A stretch of 64,000 nucleotides of DNA, taken from NCBI GenBank assembly GCA_965644295.1, contig CBFFRP010000374.1:1-64000 (forward strand), given 5' to 3'. A program made the position numbers and the translations under genes. Below, piece after piece: positions 1-12,782 of the stretch. Positions within the stretch are counted from its first letter, which is position 1. The number at the start of each line of letters is the position of its first letter. The DNA is from Paraphysomonas bandaiensis (lineage: Eukaryota; Protista; Chrysophyceae). The notes beneath the pieces were generated by a model. That model was not told the origin of the DNA, did no database searches, and saw nothing but the letters and a program-made list of their open reading frames with translations.

Positions 1-730
1 AACCATCCTATAAAACAACAACAATGACATCACATGAGTCTCTTAGCACTGTATATGCATGTATATCACTGTATATGCATGTATATCACTGTATATGCAT
101 GTATATCACTGTATATGTATGTATATCACTGTATATGCATGTATGTATGATGTATGTATATCACTGTATATGTATATGTATGTATATGGGGGTTACTTAC
201 ATTGTTTCTTATAGTGATATCTGCTCCTTTGCTGATGAGATATTCACATGTATCTCTGTGACCTTCAGAGGCAGCCTTGTGAAGAGCTGTCCAACCAACC
301 TATAAAACAACAATAACATCACATGAGCCCTCTTAGCACTGTATATGTATGTATGTATGTATGTATATCACTGTATATGTATATGTATGTATATGGGGGT
401 TACTTACATTGTTTCTTATAGTGATATCTGCTCCTTTGCTGATGAGATATTCACATGTATCTCTGTGACCATTATAGGCAGCATAGTGAAGAGCTGTAGA
501 ACCATACTATAAAACAACAACAATAACATCACATGAGCCCTCTCAGTACTGTATATGTATGTATATCACTGTATATGTATGTATGTATGTATGTATATCA
601 CTGTATATGCATGTATAGGGGGGTTACTTACATTGTTTCTTATAGTGATATCTGCTCCTTTGCTGATGAGATATTCACATGTATCTCTGTGACCTTCAGA
701 GGCAGCCTTGTGAAGAGCTGTCCAACCAAC
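1..730 (-). CDS. Partial ankyrin-repeat gene, one 33-aa repeat per 99-nt exon (exons 632-730, 408-506, 201-299, and one starting at 7 that runs off the window)
   Basis: The minus strand reads ttttatag|exon|gtaagt. Exons translate VGWTALHKAASEGHRDTCEYLISKGADITIRNN (twice), YGSTALHYAAYNGHRDTCEYLISKGADITIRNN and DG...; all are phase 0-0. The 5' part of the gene was not found. Confidence 0.9.
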
Positions 731-840
731 CTATAAAACAACAATAACATCACATGAGCCCTCTTAGCACTGTATATGTATGTATATCACTGTATATGTA
801 TGTATATCACTGTATATGTATGTATATCACTGTATGTATG
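1..840. repeat. Tandem exon-intron repeat, units about 207-292 bp, length varying through TATG/TATATCACTG microsatellite in the introns
   Basis: The block tataaaacaacaa...cacatgag...ggttacttacattgtttc...gaagagctgt recurs about 3.5 times. Confidence 0.95.
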
Positions 841-1164
841 CGAAGGAGAATACAGCGCAGTAGATAGGAAGTGTTCTTTTCAGTTTAGTACTTGAAGTGA
901 CTGTATAAGATACGCATAGGGTACATAGGAGTGTATGGTGTAATATTATGCAGTGTTTTGTGTACGGCTGTAGACTAGAGGCATAATTTCCTCTTAATGA
1001 TAAGTTCTGTAGTAACTATAAAGAGATCCTTGCTTTGACTACCTGTAGCGTAGACTGTGTAAAAAGGCAACGGGGGTATTCCGTCCGTATACGATTAGCA
1101 ACGTCCGTTAACAACCAGACCGAGTACCGCATACTTTCTCTACGTAAGAGGAAATTAGGAAAAT

Positions 1165-1572
1165 ATGAAGAAAAATGGGACCGAAAAACCCAAGAGGTTT
1201 GCAAGATATCCATCGCAATCAACCAGAGATACATCAGAATCAGTGCCGAAGTTGCGATATGGCGCAAACAGCAACCTGGCGACGTTCAAGCAGAAGATGG
1301 TAGTGGCAGCTATGGAGAAGTACGGAAACCTTGCAAGACTGTTGGAACTCGACGAGTATTATGAGCCTGATCCAATCGAATTGAGTGATTACGATAAAAG
1401 AACAGATCCGCTTGGCATACAGCTCGATCGAATGAAGAATAAGATCAAGACCAGGGATAGGCTGATATCTGAGATGGAAAACAACAGAACGCCATTCTAC
1501 GGATATATGCTCAGACATTTAAGCAACGAGTCTTTGGATGCAATCAAACTGTTAGACGAATACGAGCAAATA
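1165..1572 (+). mobile_element. Truncated gag-like N-terminus of an LTR retrotransposon; 841-1164 may be its LTR/leader
   Basis: The ORF VPKLRYGANSNLATFKQK...MEKYGNLARLLE...YYEP...FYGYMLRHLSNES resembles copia-type gag in protists, recognised by eye. It is cut at about 1572 by the opposite-strand copia fragment. Confidence 0.55.
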
Positions 1573-4500
1573 CGCCTCCCAGCTATTGAATGCCTGAGAT
1601 AAAAAAATTCTTGACAGTAAAATAGACTCATCTCTAAGTCTAAACCTCTGTCTAAAAAACTCAGTACCTACTTGCGCCTTCTTTTATCCCTTGGTCCCTC
1701 ATTAATCACTTCAGTGGAACTCTTAACTTTCTCTCCAAGATTTCTCTTTCTCTGCTCCATATATGATAAACCAACCAATGACTTTGTATAAATATCTGCT
1801 GCTTGTTGCGATGTATGCACATGCACTAACTTAATCGTATTGAACTGATTGGGATCCACGTGCTCTCTCACCATGTGATACTTAATCTCAATGTGCTTCG
1901 ACTTCTTGTGAAACACTGGGTTTTCGGCCAAATCCTGGGCACTCTGACTGTCGATGAAGAATGGTGTGGGTTTGATGAGCCTCAACTTAATCTCACCCGT
2001 CACCCCCCGAACCCATAGCACTTCTTGGAGACCCGAGTAAATACACTGATACTCAGACTGCATGCTTGACGTTGCCACTGTCGTCTGCAGTTTGGACTGC
2101 CAGACTATAGGCCCTCCCGCTGCAAACCCAACGTACCCCGACGTGGACTTCCTGGAGAGCTGATCTCCCGCCCAATCCGCGTCAGTAAACATATGGAAGT
2201 CGAACCGTCTACTCCCATATTGAATCCCTTTGTCAATAGAACCACGAATATATTGCCATACATGTGTTAATAGCTTGCATACTTCAATATTCACCTTATT
2301 ACTGAACCGAGACAGTACTCCCACTGCATAGGCTATATCCGGCCTCGTGTTCATCGATAGATATAGTAATGCACCTATCAGCGGCCGATATGGGAAGTTA
2401 TCTACTATAAGCTGTTCCTCCTCGGTATGCTCATGCCGCGCCCCTTTTGCCACTAAATCCATTGCTTCCGCCGGTAGAGGACTCTTCCGTACCTTTCGCG
2501 GTGACCCAAGATACTTTTCAAACTTTTCTAAGATCTTAGCCGCATATACTGATTGGTCAAGACGAATATACTCTGGCGTTCTTGTGACTCGAACATTCAG
2601 AAAATGTTCCATCTCGCCCATATCCTTCATATCAAACCGGGCACACAGTTGAGCTTTTAATATCCTTCACTATGTTGACATCACGACCTAACACTAGGAT
2701 ATCATCCACATATATCGTTAATAATATCAATTCATCGCCCTTATACTGATAATACAAACACGGGTCTAATACACATGGTTTAAAAATGCATAGATCGTAT
2801 GAATTTATCCAATGTTTTCCACCACGACCGCGGGGAACTCCGAAGCCCGTATAACGACTTCTTCAACTTAAAGCAGTACCCCTCAGGCAGCTGAAAGTCC
2901 GGAGTTGCCTTCATACATACATCCCCCTCTATATCTGCATATAGAAATGCGTTAGACACATCCAGTCGATTGAATTACCATGTTCATCACGAAAGCTATG
3001 GCGATTAACAGTCGCACTGTTACCCCTTTAGCAACGGGTGCGAAATGGTTCGCCCAACCACTCGACTGCTGTCCACAACCGATTGCTACAAGACGAGCCT
3101 TATATCGGCGGACCTCTCCCTCCTTATCGTACTTCTTTCCATAGACGTACTTGGAGTGCAGTGGGACGACTCCGTCCGGTATACGAGTCACCTCCATGGT
3201 GTCTCGCTTCGCCAAACCCTCTCGCTCTACACGGCGAGCTCGTCTCCACTCCCTGTGCTCGGCACTCTCCAAGGACTCACGATGTGTCTGAGGCACTGTC
3301 GACTCTTCCGCTGACATCCACACTGAGTCTGCCTCCCGCAAAAGGTCACTCACATCACTCTCATCACTCAAATGATGGATTTGTCCTAACACCGACACAT
3401 TCGTTACCGTCCTTGGAGTTCTTGCGCGTTTGCCGTGCGGATGATTCTCGGCAGGGTCCCTTCCCCCGAAGGTAATGCTGAGTCAGCCTGGGGCTGCACC
3501 TGCCCACTTTCCGACTGCTGTGGCACCACTCCGCTGATACCGCCGTCACGGTTGTCAGTAACTCTGGCCCTAACCACCCTCTGCGCAAGATCCTCTGTCA
3601 TCTTCTTGATGTCAGCAATATGAATAGGAGTTTTATCCTCCACTTGAACCTGGTTACCAGTAACCAACGACCGGTATCCTACAATAAGTCCCTTCCTTAT
3701 CACCACTCTGTTAGTCTTGTATAGCAGACCACCATCCTCATGGTGCTTTCCGATAAGATACTCAAACTCACCCGGTTGACGAGCCTCGGGATCTATAGCC
3801 ACTTGAGCCTCCTCCAGCTCTCTATAATAATCCTGAGACCTCTCAGGTACCGATTCATCAAATAATACATGTACAGAGTGTACTACGGTGTCCCCCACTA
3901 GCACCTTGTATCCTTTTCGATCAGCTGGATACCCTATGAAATAACCTGTCATTGCTTTTGTCCTCCCAGTCCTTCCTCCTGTCGGCCTTGGGTGTTAGCA
4001 CATATGCTTTGCACCCCCATTTCCGTAGCCACGATAGGCTGGGAACGCTCCCCCCTGGGACACACTCATATGGAGACATCCATCCTTGCCACGTCCGAGT
4101 TGGCATTCGTCGCACAATGTAACATGCAGTTTGATAAGCATCAAACCAGAACGACTTTGGAAGTCCAGATGCCGTCAACATCGTCAGTGTCATCTCCCCA
4201 ATTGTTCGGAATTTCCTCTCAGACACCGCGTTGAGCTCTGGCGTGTCTCGTGTTGTATGTGACACCCGAGTCCCATATCGCTGCAACAGATACTCTCTTA
4301 TCTGCTGACTAATAAGTTCGGATCCTCCATCGGCATGATACTCCACTATACGGTTCCACCCTCGTACTTCACTAAGTGGACCTCGCACAAGTGTCGTAGA
4401 CATTTGAACACCTCCTCTCCGCTTCGAGTCCTCAGTCCATATTCCCATATCATCTTTGTTGCTAAGTCCGTAAATAGGAGCACGTACTTATACCCTTGTC

Positions 4501-4636
4501 TGGATTCACAATTGAGATAGACGGAGATGTCCGCTGTTACTCTTTCCAGGAACCTGACTGCGCTTAGCTCTTCGTTGTCCCGTGATTTGAACGAATGCCT
4601 GGTTATCTTTCGCCTGGCACACCATTTACACAGGGG
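1572..4636 (-). mobile_element. Internal Ty1/copia pol fragment (integrase-RT-RNaseH) with no LTRs and several frameshifts
   Basis: Motifs HADGGSE, ELNAVSER, YKARLVA, IYVDD, TDADWAG and KSKHIEIKYH. Near-identical to 60409-63470. Confidence 0.95.
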
Positions 4637-4922
4637 CTTAAGCTGGAATGTAGGGATGTGAAAGTAGACACTTACAGAACACTGTTGTGAATCCCTACTT
4701 GACATACTGGTGCATTAACTTAATATTGGTGTATTGTACCTATCAGATTTTTTCTGACATGAGTATTATTATCTGCAGGTTTTGATGAATCGAATCCGGA
4801 TCGTGTGACTGGAGCCCTTTATTGATATAGCGCCTTCAAACTATTCCTATACTAAAGACATATAATGCAGCTTCGAGGTAAGATATGAATTAATGCTAAA
4901 ACAAGTTACTACAGTAATTACA
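4635..4922. repeat. About 288-bp direct repeat, copy 1
   Basis: Identical by eye to 12495-12782 (ggcttaagctggaatg...acagtaattaca). Confidence 0.93.
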
Positions 4923-6083
4923 TAACCTCTAGCCACAGTGACTGGCTCTTCTCCGGAAGCTAACACATTTGAGGTGATAGCGGAATACCTGTCATAGTCA
5001 ACAGAACATGCTGTGACTGTGGAGTAGGGGTAGGCTGGGCGGGCGACACTGCCATCTAATGCAGGACTTTCTGCCACAGCAGATGCAACAGCAACGGGAG
5101 TATAAGCTGCTCGCATGCTATCCCCATATTTGTAATTTAATTTCACGTCAGTTACCTGGTAAATACATTTAGCAGTGTATGTCATGAGTAGAAGACACAA
5201 CGGCGCTGGCGATAGCCGTTTATGTTTATGTAACACCACACATACATTTAATGTGAAGTCAATACCTGAGAGTCATCTAACAGTGGATCTACAGGAGGCA
5301 AACATGCCACACCACATTCACACCCCGCATTTCTCTCATAGTAATCACATGGCGCCTTAGCGGCCCTAACAATAAGAGTAGATCTATGTAGCGAGCGAGG
5401 AGTGGTGTACTGTGCCAATAATGACTCCCGAGTTGGCAAGTGGGCAATGTCGATTTTTAAGGAGAAATGCGCTCCGTGTAATGGGTGAGTGTGATGTTGT
5501 TTTCGGCAATCTAACTGAAGTCGTAACTACCGAATACGTGAGATATATTCAAAACACATGAAATAAGAACAGTTAAATGTTTATACGTATTCACACAGTG
5601 TATATATACAATCACATATCACTTCATCGCACTTATGCATAGTAAAAGAGTTACCTGTAATCCACGTGGTTTGAATAGATATTTGTTATACTTAGCAAGA
5701 ATTCGATACAGAGCATTCATAGATCGTCGACGAGATAGAGAACCATGCCAGATATATCCCATACAAGACAGACATAGTAGTGATAGTGCTAATATCCATG
5801 AGTATATAAGAGATGCTGCTATGAATAGTATACAGAGGGAGTATACAGGTATACGAGATGAGATTGATTGATAGAGATCAGTATGAAATGTATGAGTAAA
5901 TTCAGTCCATTCACATTCACGTATACGTTGTCTGATATAGAGATTATTGGGATATGGTAGAGGTGTGAGTTTATTGGGAAAGAAGGGCTTGTAGTAGTAA
6001 GCTGGAGATGTGAGGATCTTATGGAGGGGGATTGTGTATGTATAGGAGGATATAGATTGCTCTATATTGCTAATAGAGCTCAT
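4923..6083 (-). CDS. Hypothetical membrane protein, possibly GOLGA7/ERF4-like; downstream exons uncertain
   Basis: Exon 1 (6083-5655) has EWTEFTHTF, a hydrophobic segment and ILAKYNKYLFKPRGLQ, then a GTAACT donor. Coding-like segments also lie at about 5267-5345 and 4923-5155. Confidence 0.4.
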
Positions 6084-6663
6084 ATTAATGTATAGGATAT
6101 CATTGTATAGTACAGTCGAGGTGTTCTATCGTTATATGAGAGGCATATATATGTATAGTGGGGACTTGTGTGGATACTTGCTTCATATACAAGTGTGTTT
6201 AATAGGGTGGGTCCTGTATGGAGACTACCATACATAGTATGCCTATACGCCTATACGTCAATATGCCATACGTTTCTTGGAGATTTTAAATTCCTTCCGT
6301 TTGGTATACTGTGCTGTATATGTATTGTATACGTACCTACATACATATTGGATATACAAGTACCTACTGCTGTACAAACAGCCGTACATATACACCCGTA
6401 TATATAAGTGTAGAGTACATACATTTTAGTAGTAGTAGTGGGTTTTTTATGATATATCTCGAGAAAATCAGAGATATATTACAAAAAAATGACGAAAACC
6501 CGAATATACTGCAACTAAAAGCATCATACATACTGCTGTACTCTGTACATATAGACCACACAGCAGTGCAGTACAGTGTAATGTAGCTATATATGCATTA
6601 AGATAGAGTTCATTTACAAAGTAGTCTATATATCACTCATTTCCATCTATTATCATACAAACA

Positions 6664-7549
6664 ATGGATGATTTAAACACTAGTACTTATCCAATTACTG
6701 TAGTGTTTACATGGACTGATGATGTAACTTCTATTGCATCTATTGGACGTATATATAACGATCTCTCACTACTTACTGCATATCATCCAAAAAAATATGA
6801 AGTTCAAACAATATTAAAGTTATTTAAAAGTTCTATTAATAATTCTGAGTCATTACAATCATCTGATAAAAAAAGAAAGCGTGAAAGTAAAGCATCTATT
6901 GTATTTATTAAATATATGGATTGTAGTGCTACATGTGCATTATATTTAAATGACAAACATCAATATATACAATCGGATGTACTTATTGGTATATAATCCT
7001 TTCTATTCATATATTTATACTGATGATTGTATCTTCAGGTGGTCCAAATATGGAGACTCTGCTGACTGAACTTGGGAATCTAACTCATAGATCCTCATGG
7101 AAAGTACAAGGGAAGACATTTAGACTTGAAAACTTTATAGTATCAGCAGGTGCGTTGTGCTTTTATATGTTATTGTTATTTGAACATACGTCATAGGTAC
7201 TATGGAGCACGGTGCACTGTCAAACACTGGTGTATTAGAAGTTTCATACACGAATAAATGTGCATCTCGTACCGAAGCTCTGCGTTGTATCTACTCCTTA
7301 GCTGATAGTTTGATACCATCTGAGAATGCTCGGGCCTACAGTTCTGAACACAGATACATCAAATCTTTACCAGTGGATATTCCAGTGAAGGAAGAAGGTG
7401 CCACTCAGGCCAAGAAAAGTGAACCTAGCGAACAGGAAAGTAGTCAATCTGGGGAAAGTAATGCAGCAGGAGAGGTGGGATTATCTGACACATTTACATT
7501 GTCAGAGCGTTGTTTGCTCTGGGTAGATATGTTGCAATTAAAAATGTAA
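6664..7549 (+). CDS. Probable Mediator subunit 20-like protein (3 exons)
   Basis: The spliced product has SWKVQGKTFRLENFIVSAG...GVLEVSY and C-terminal TFTLSERCLLWVDML, resembling Med20. GT-AG introns at about 6989-7038 and 7150-7196. Confidence 0.5.
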
Positions 7550-7794
7550 TATATTGATACCGCGATTTCATGAAGCTGTATTTCTATTAGTTGTTTAGTT
7601 TTGAAACCTTTAATTTTTTAAACGAATATGTGAAAGTTATATTGCACTGGCCTGATGTATTTAGCAACTTCGTCAACGATTACGACATGATACCTGCCCA
7701 TGTTTCATTATCCAGTATGGTGAATGAAATTGATATTGTTGGAATACGGAATACGTTTGGCTCTCTAATCTCTAAGATATAAAGAGTCTATCTA

Positions 7795-7947
7795 TATAGG
7801 TAGTGTTACTAAGTTGTTACTAAGTGTGAATAGAAGTAAGTGTTACTAAGTGTCGTTATTATTATCTATATCAATAACTACTGTATAGTATATAGGTAGT
7901 GTTACTAAGTTGTTACTAAGTGTGAATAGAAGTAAGTGTTACTAAGT
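7795..7947. repeat. Duplicated 57-bp block built from TGTTACTAAG units
   Basis: tataggtagtgttactaagttgttactaagtgtgaatagaagtaagtgttactaagt occurs at about 7795 and 7891. Confidence 0.85.
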
Positions 7948-8466
7948 AGTTTGATTACAATAAAATTATATCTATTGACTATTGGTCATTTTCACAAGTG
8001 AGATCGTCAAGAGAAGTCTATTGTCTAATGACACACTTATCAAGCCGTAGTGTAATTGCACCAGAATGACATGCTCCATTTCACTTGGAATTGGAAAAAT
8101 TTAATTTATCTTGGAATTAGGCGTAGCACTGTTAGAACCTAACCCGCGTGATAGCAAGCTACGCAGTGTTAGAGGCAGGATTAGATATCACACTATATAT
8201 AAAAAGTGTAGTATAAAATATTTTGTGAGAACGCTAACTACAACCCACTCCTCTTATCAGAGTATGATTGATACAACTCTTACGCTAGTTGTCTTTCGTC
8301 AATCACACATCATCTGTAACCTCAGTACTACTACTAATATTGAAGTTAAAAAACGCAACAGCTCGAAAATAAGTAGTATTAGTTACTACGGATAGACACG
8401 TTACTAACTTAAGCAAGCGCTAGAACAAAATGCATATCCATTTCACAGATCTAGTCCATGGCGCAC

Positions 8467-10479
8467 TTACACATCGCCAATGGCCTGGAATCCCTCCTCA
8501 ATTTCTCTGCAGAGTGAATCATAGTATGCCTTCAACTCCTCGACAGGTGTCTTGGGGTTCTGAAGAAAAGTGCCAGTCAACATACATCTTTAACAAAGCA
8601 AAATTGCCCTTACCAAGAACTTCGCGTCGATGACCTTCTGCATGACAGCTCCCATGGTGGTCTTAATGTATGCCCAGGTAACCTTCTTCTCCGCAGGACT
8701 CTCAGCAATAGCACGCTGGCAGTTATCGTAGAAAGTAATGATACACTTGAGCATACCAATCTGTACAAACCCAATAAGAACACGACGCCAATATCTTAAT
8801 TCTACGTACCGACTTAGACAACGGGCAAGTGTAGTCGTATTCCGTGAAAGCGTTCTGGTACAGATAATCATCGATGATGATCTCCGCAACGTCCATCACA
8901 ACTTTCTGGTCCTCGGAGAGAGATTCCTTACCGACCAACTGCACGATCTCGGACAAGTTATCCTGTTGAGCGAGAATGTCACGAGCCTTGTTTCGGAGCT
9001 TGGAGTAGCTCTCGTCGTAATTGGTATTGAAGAACGGCTCAAGCACACGCATGTACTTGGTATAAGAGATAAGCCAGTTGACGGAAGGAAAGTGCTTTCT
9101 CTGGGCAAGCTTCTTGTCGAGACCCCAAAAGACCTGTACAATAGAGAGAGTAGCAGCCGTGACGGGATCGGAGAAATCTCCACCAGGAGGAGAGACAGCC
9201 TAAACAGATGTTACATTGACACAACATATGGTATCAATATACAACTCACCCCAACAATAGAAACTGTACCCTCCCTATCGGGGGAACCCAGGCAGCGCAC
9301 ACGACCGGCTCTCTCGTAAAAGGCAGCAAGACGAGCACCGAGGTAGGCAGGGTAACCAGAGTCGGCAGGCATCTCTCCAAGACGACCAGAGATCTCACGA
9401 AGTGCCTCGGCCCAACGAGAGGTAGAGTCAGCCATCATAGATACGTTCATGCCCTGGTCACGGAAGTACTCAGCGAGAGTGATACCAGTGTAAATAGAAG
9501 CCTCACGGGCAGCCACAGGCATGTTAGAGGTATTAGCTACGAGAGTGGTACGCTTCATGATTCCGACCTCCTTTCCATTGAAAGTCATTGTAAGCTCGGG
9601 GAATTCTGCGAGCACCTCAGCCATCTCGTTACCACGCTCACCACAACCAACGTACACAATGGCGTCGGAGTTAGAGTACTTGGATAGTGTTTGAGAGATA
9701 ACAGTCTTTCCGCACCCGAAAGCACCAGGCACAGCACAGGTACCACCCAGCACAGATGGGAAAACGGCATCGATACAACGGAGACCGGTGGTCAATGCAG
9801 CATTACCAGGGAGCTTCTCAACAGTAGGACGAGGACGACGCACAGGCCAGAAGTGTGACAAATTCAAAGTGTGAGTACGGTCGAGAGTCTCGTTGTACAC
9901 CTCCATAACTGGCTCATTGATGTGGAAAAGATCCTTTCCATCGGTTCCACCACCATAGATCTTGACAACTTCTCCATAAACGTGAGGGGGGCACATAATC
10001 TTGTGATCCGAAATGATTTCGTTCTCAAAAACAGATCCGAAAATATCACCACCAGAGATAGGGTCACCCTCTCTGAAGTTACCAGGAGTGAACTGCCACT
10101 GCTTAGAGGTATCAAGAGCGTTAATATCAACACCACGAGGAATGAAACAATCCTGTGATTGTTCAGCAATATCACTCAATGGACGCTGAATACCATCAAA
10201 GATAGTGTCCATAATACCCGGACCAAGCTCAACAGATAGAGGCTGTCTCTTACGGAGCACAGGATCACCAACAGTCAAACCAGATGTATCCTCATACACC
10301 TGAATAGATGCGGTATCACCTTCAAGTTTAATAATCTCTCCTACGAGCTTATGAAAGCCTACACGGACAAGTTCATACATTGCTGCACCAGACATGCCTT
10401 CAGCAATAACGAGTGGACCAGAGACTCTGAAGATGTAACCAAGATCACCTTCCTTTGCTTCATCGAAAATGTTGGCCAT
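8467..10479 (-). CDS. ATP6V1A: V-type H+-ATPase catalytic subunit A (4 exons)
   Basis: Motifs [37 protein letters not shown] and YLYQNAF. Short GT-AG introns; ends QAIGDV*. Confidence 0.97.
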
Positions 10480-12139
10480 TTTGTTGTTTGTTAATGTGAA
10501 ATAGACAGTGTTGTTATCTATTGAGGAGGTGTGTAATAGTGAGAGCTATGCAGTGGGTTGCATGTGCATGGATCCATATGTATGTATGGTATGTATGTAT
10601 GCATGCAAAGGATGGGTGGAGTAGATCTTGTGATTTATACGGCATTTTTCATACTTTATCACAATATGCAAAAAAAAAATAGTCTGACATAAATATTTCT
10701 GTCAACAATATCGTATCTTCAACAGACACAAAGAATTATGGGATTTCAGTTTAGGATTTCTAATATGTACAGCCTGCATATAATCTTTTTTTCAGTTTAT
10801 ATAACAAATAAGACAGCATAAAAATCAGGCTTTTCCATATTATTGAGAAATGAAAATCATTATCTGCTATATAAAACTGGATTTTTATTGGAGATATTAT
10901 AGAAAAACGAAAAACCCACCGAAGTGTGTAATTGGAAACCCCAGTTTTTATTGGATTGTGTAATTCTAATTACACAGGAGTAAACAGATTTTTAACCTAT
11001 TTTTGAAGGCATCTATTCATAAAAGTCGGGTTTTATTTATGTAAGACGACAGTAACAATGATATATACTTACAGCATATCTTAAGACACAGATACTAATA
11101 AGTAGAATAACCTGCAGTAGAAGCGATAGTACATCCTAGACAAATGGACCCAGCTGCATTACACCTCATAATGCAAGGACAAAACGAAAGGAATGTATTG
11201 GAAGAATGTCCACACTATCCAGAGTACTCAACAATCTTATAGCTATACGACTTGGTTGGCTCAGTCGAAACAGATGATGATGTCCTGATGCATACTGGAC
11301 AAGCGCATGCATTAAAGATAATTTGAATCCTGGGGAAAAGAGTATTGTGACAATGTCTGTTCAGACGAATCTGCTTTGGTGACATGAGTGTGACTGTCGG
11401 CCATGAACTATATCTGTTACCCTTGACCACCGAAGGTTGCTCTTTCATGTAAAATTTTTACTGCTATAGAGGAATAAGTGAGCACAAAAGGAAAACATCA
11501 TCTCCACATGTGGAAGTGACATTGGTAGACTCGGTTTTGTTGACGTCAGGTGTGTACAATACCTGTATATGATATTTGATACTCACATCTGTTGCCAGAT
11601 AGCTCAAGGAGAAATACAGTTCAGTAGATTTAATTCCTCTGATATTTTACAAGCTAAGTATGTTCGAAACTGAAGCTAGGTAACAATATACTATATATAT
11701 ATATACTGAAGGTAGCTCAATATAGCCCAGGTAATGACTTCATCATGACATTGATATGCATGCAAGACATCTACATATATATATGATAATAGTAATCAAG
11801 CACTCGCTATAGAAATGTCTGGTAACTGGATATAATGAAATGGCAGTGCATCCATCTCCCACACTGTAAAATTATAACGATCGCGCATGCGTTTAATTTA
11901 GCTTGAGTTATACATTACGTATTTCCTTCAGTGCATATTGGGGATTGATTGTACTTGTAAAAACACATGCTAGAAATCAATTTACTGTCCACACCACTCT
12001 GTACATGCCTAGATCCATATCTCTGCTTCTATAACTATACTATCTCATAACTATATGAGCCCTGAATAGATCTCATTAATCTCTCTTTATTCCTTCCTTA
12101 TAACTCTCTTCTTTTCCCTTCTAATTACTACACACACTC

Positions 12140-12215
12140 TCATACATACATACATACATACATACATACATACATACATACATACATACATACTTACATA
12201 CATACATACATACAT
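12140..12215. repeat. (CATA)n microsatellite
   Basis: Read directly from the sequence. Confidence 0.95.
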
Positions 12216-12494
12216 GTATATGTATATAATTATCTCCTCAATAGAATATTCCTCAATAGTAAAAGGACACTACTAAACAGTGTCTATTGTCCAGCCGTGT
12301 TGCTGAGTTCTCTGGGAAGCACTCCTTTGAAATGTATGACATAGTGAATGATGTTGAGATGTCCTGTTGTGTCACCATTGAAATCCTTGACGACTTTCTG
12401 GTGCGTAAAATGGAAAAATTTAATTTTGGCCCTTTTTGGCCCTCGGCCCGAGGCGGGCCGCAAAAAAACCTTATCCGTAAAATCCAATGCGGGA

Positions 12495-12782
12495 GGCTTA
12501 AGCTGGAATGTAGGGATGTGAAAGTAGACACTTACAGAACACTGTTGTGAATCCCTACTTGACATACTGGTGCATTAACTTAATATTGGTGTATTGTACC
12601 TATCAGATTTTTTCTGACATGAGTATTATTATCTGCAGGTTTTGATGAATCGAATCCGGATCGTGTGACTGGAGCCCTTTATTGATATAGCGCCTTCAAA
12701 CTATTCCTATACTAAAGACATATAATGCAGCTTCGAGGTAAGATATGAATTAATGCTAAAACAAGTTACTACAGTAATTACA
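12495..12782. repeat. About 288-bp direct repeat, copy 2, preceded by a GC-rich dyad (ggccctcggcccgaggcgggcc)
   Basis: Identical by eye to 4635-4922. Confidence 0.93.

Noticed and set aside
1-840. CRISPR array, hammerhead ribozyme tandem (CTGATGA motif), or the plus-strand ORFs 24-305 and 533-736
   Set aside because: Units are too long, have no unique spacers and no cas genes are present. CTGATGA is not followed by a GAAA core. The minus-strand ankyrin exons explain the repeat.
8738-9319. Long antisense ORFs over V-ATPase A, EPC, PKG and copia
   Set aside because: They are shadow frames of well-supported genes on the other strand.
9620-9660. VMA1-type intein in V-ATPase A
   Set aside because: [14 protein letters not shown] is contiguous, with no insertion.
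11143-11700. Gene starting MDPAALHLIMQ
   Set aside because: It has multiple in-frame stops and no recognisable family; at most a decayed remnant.
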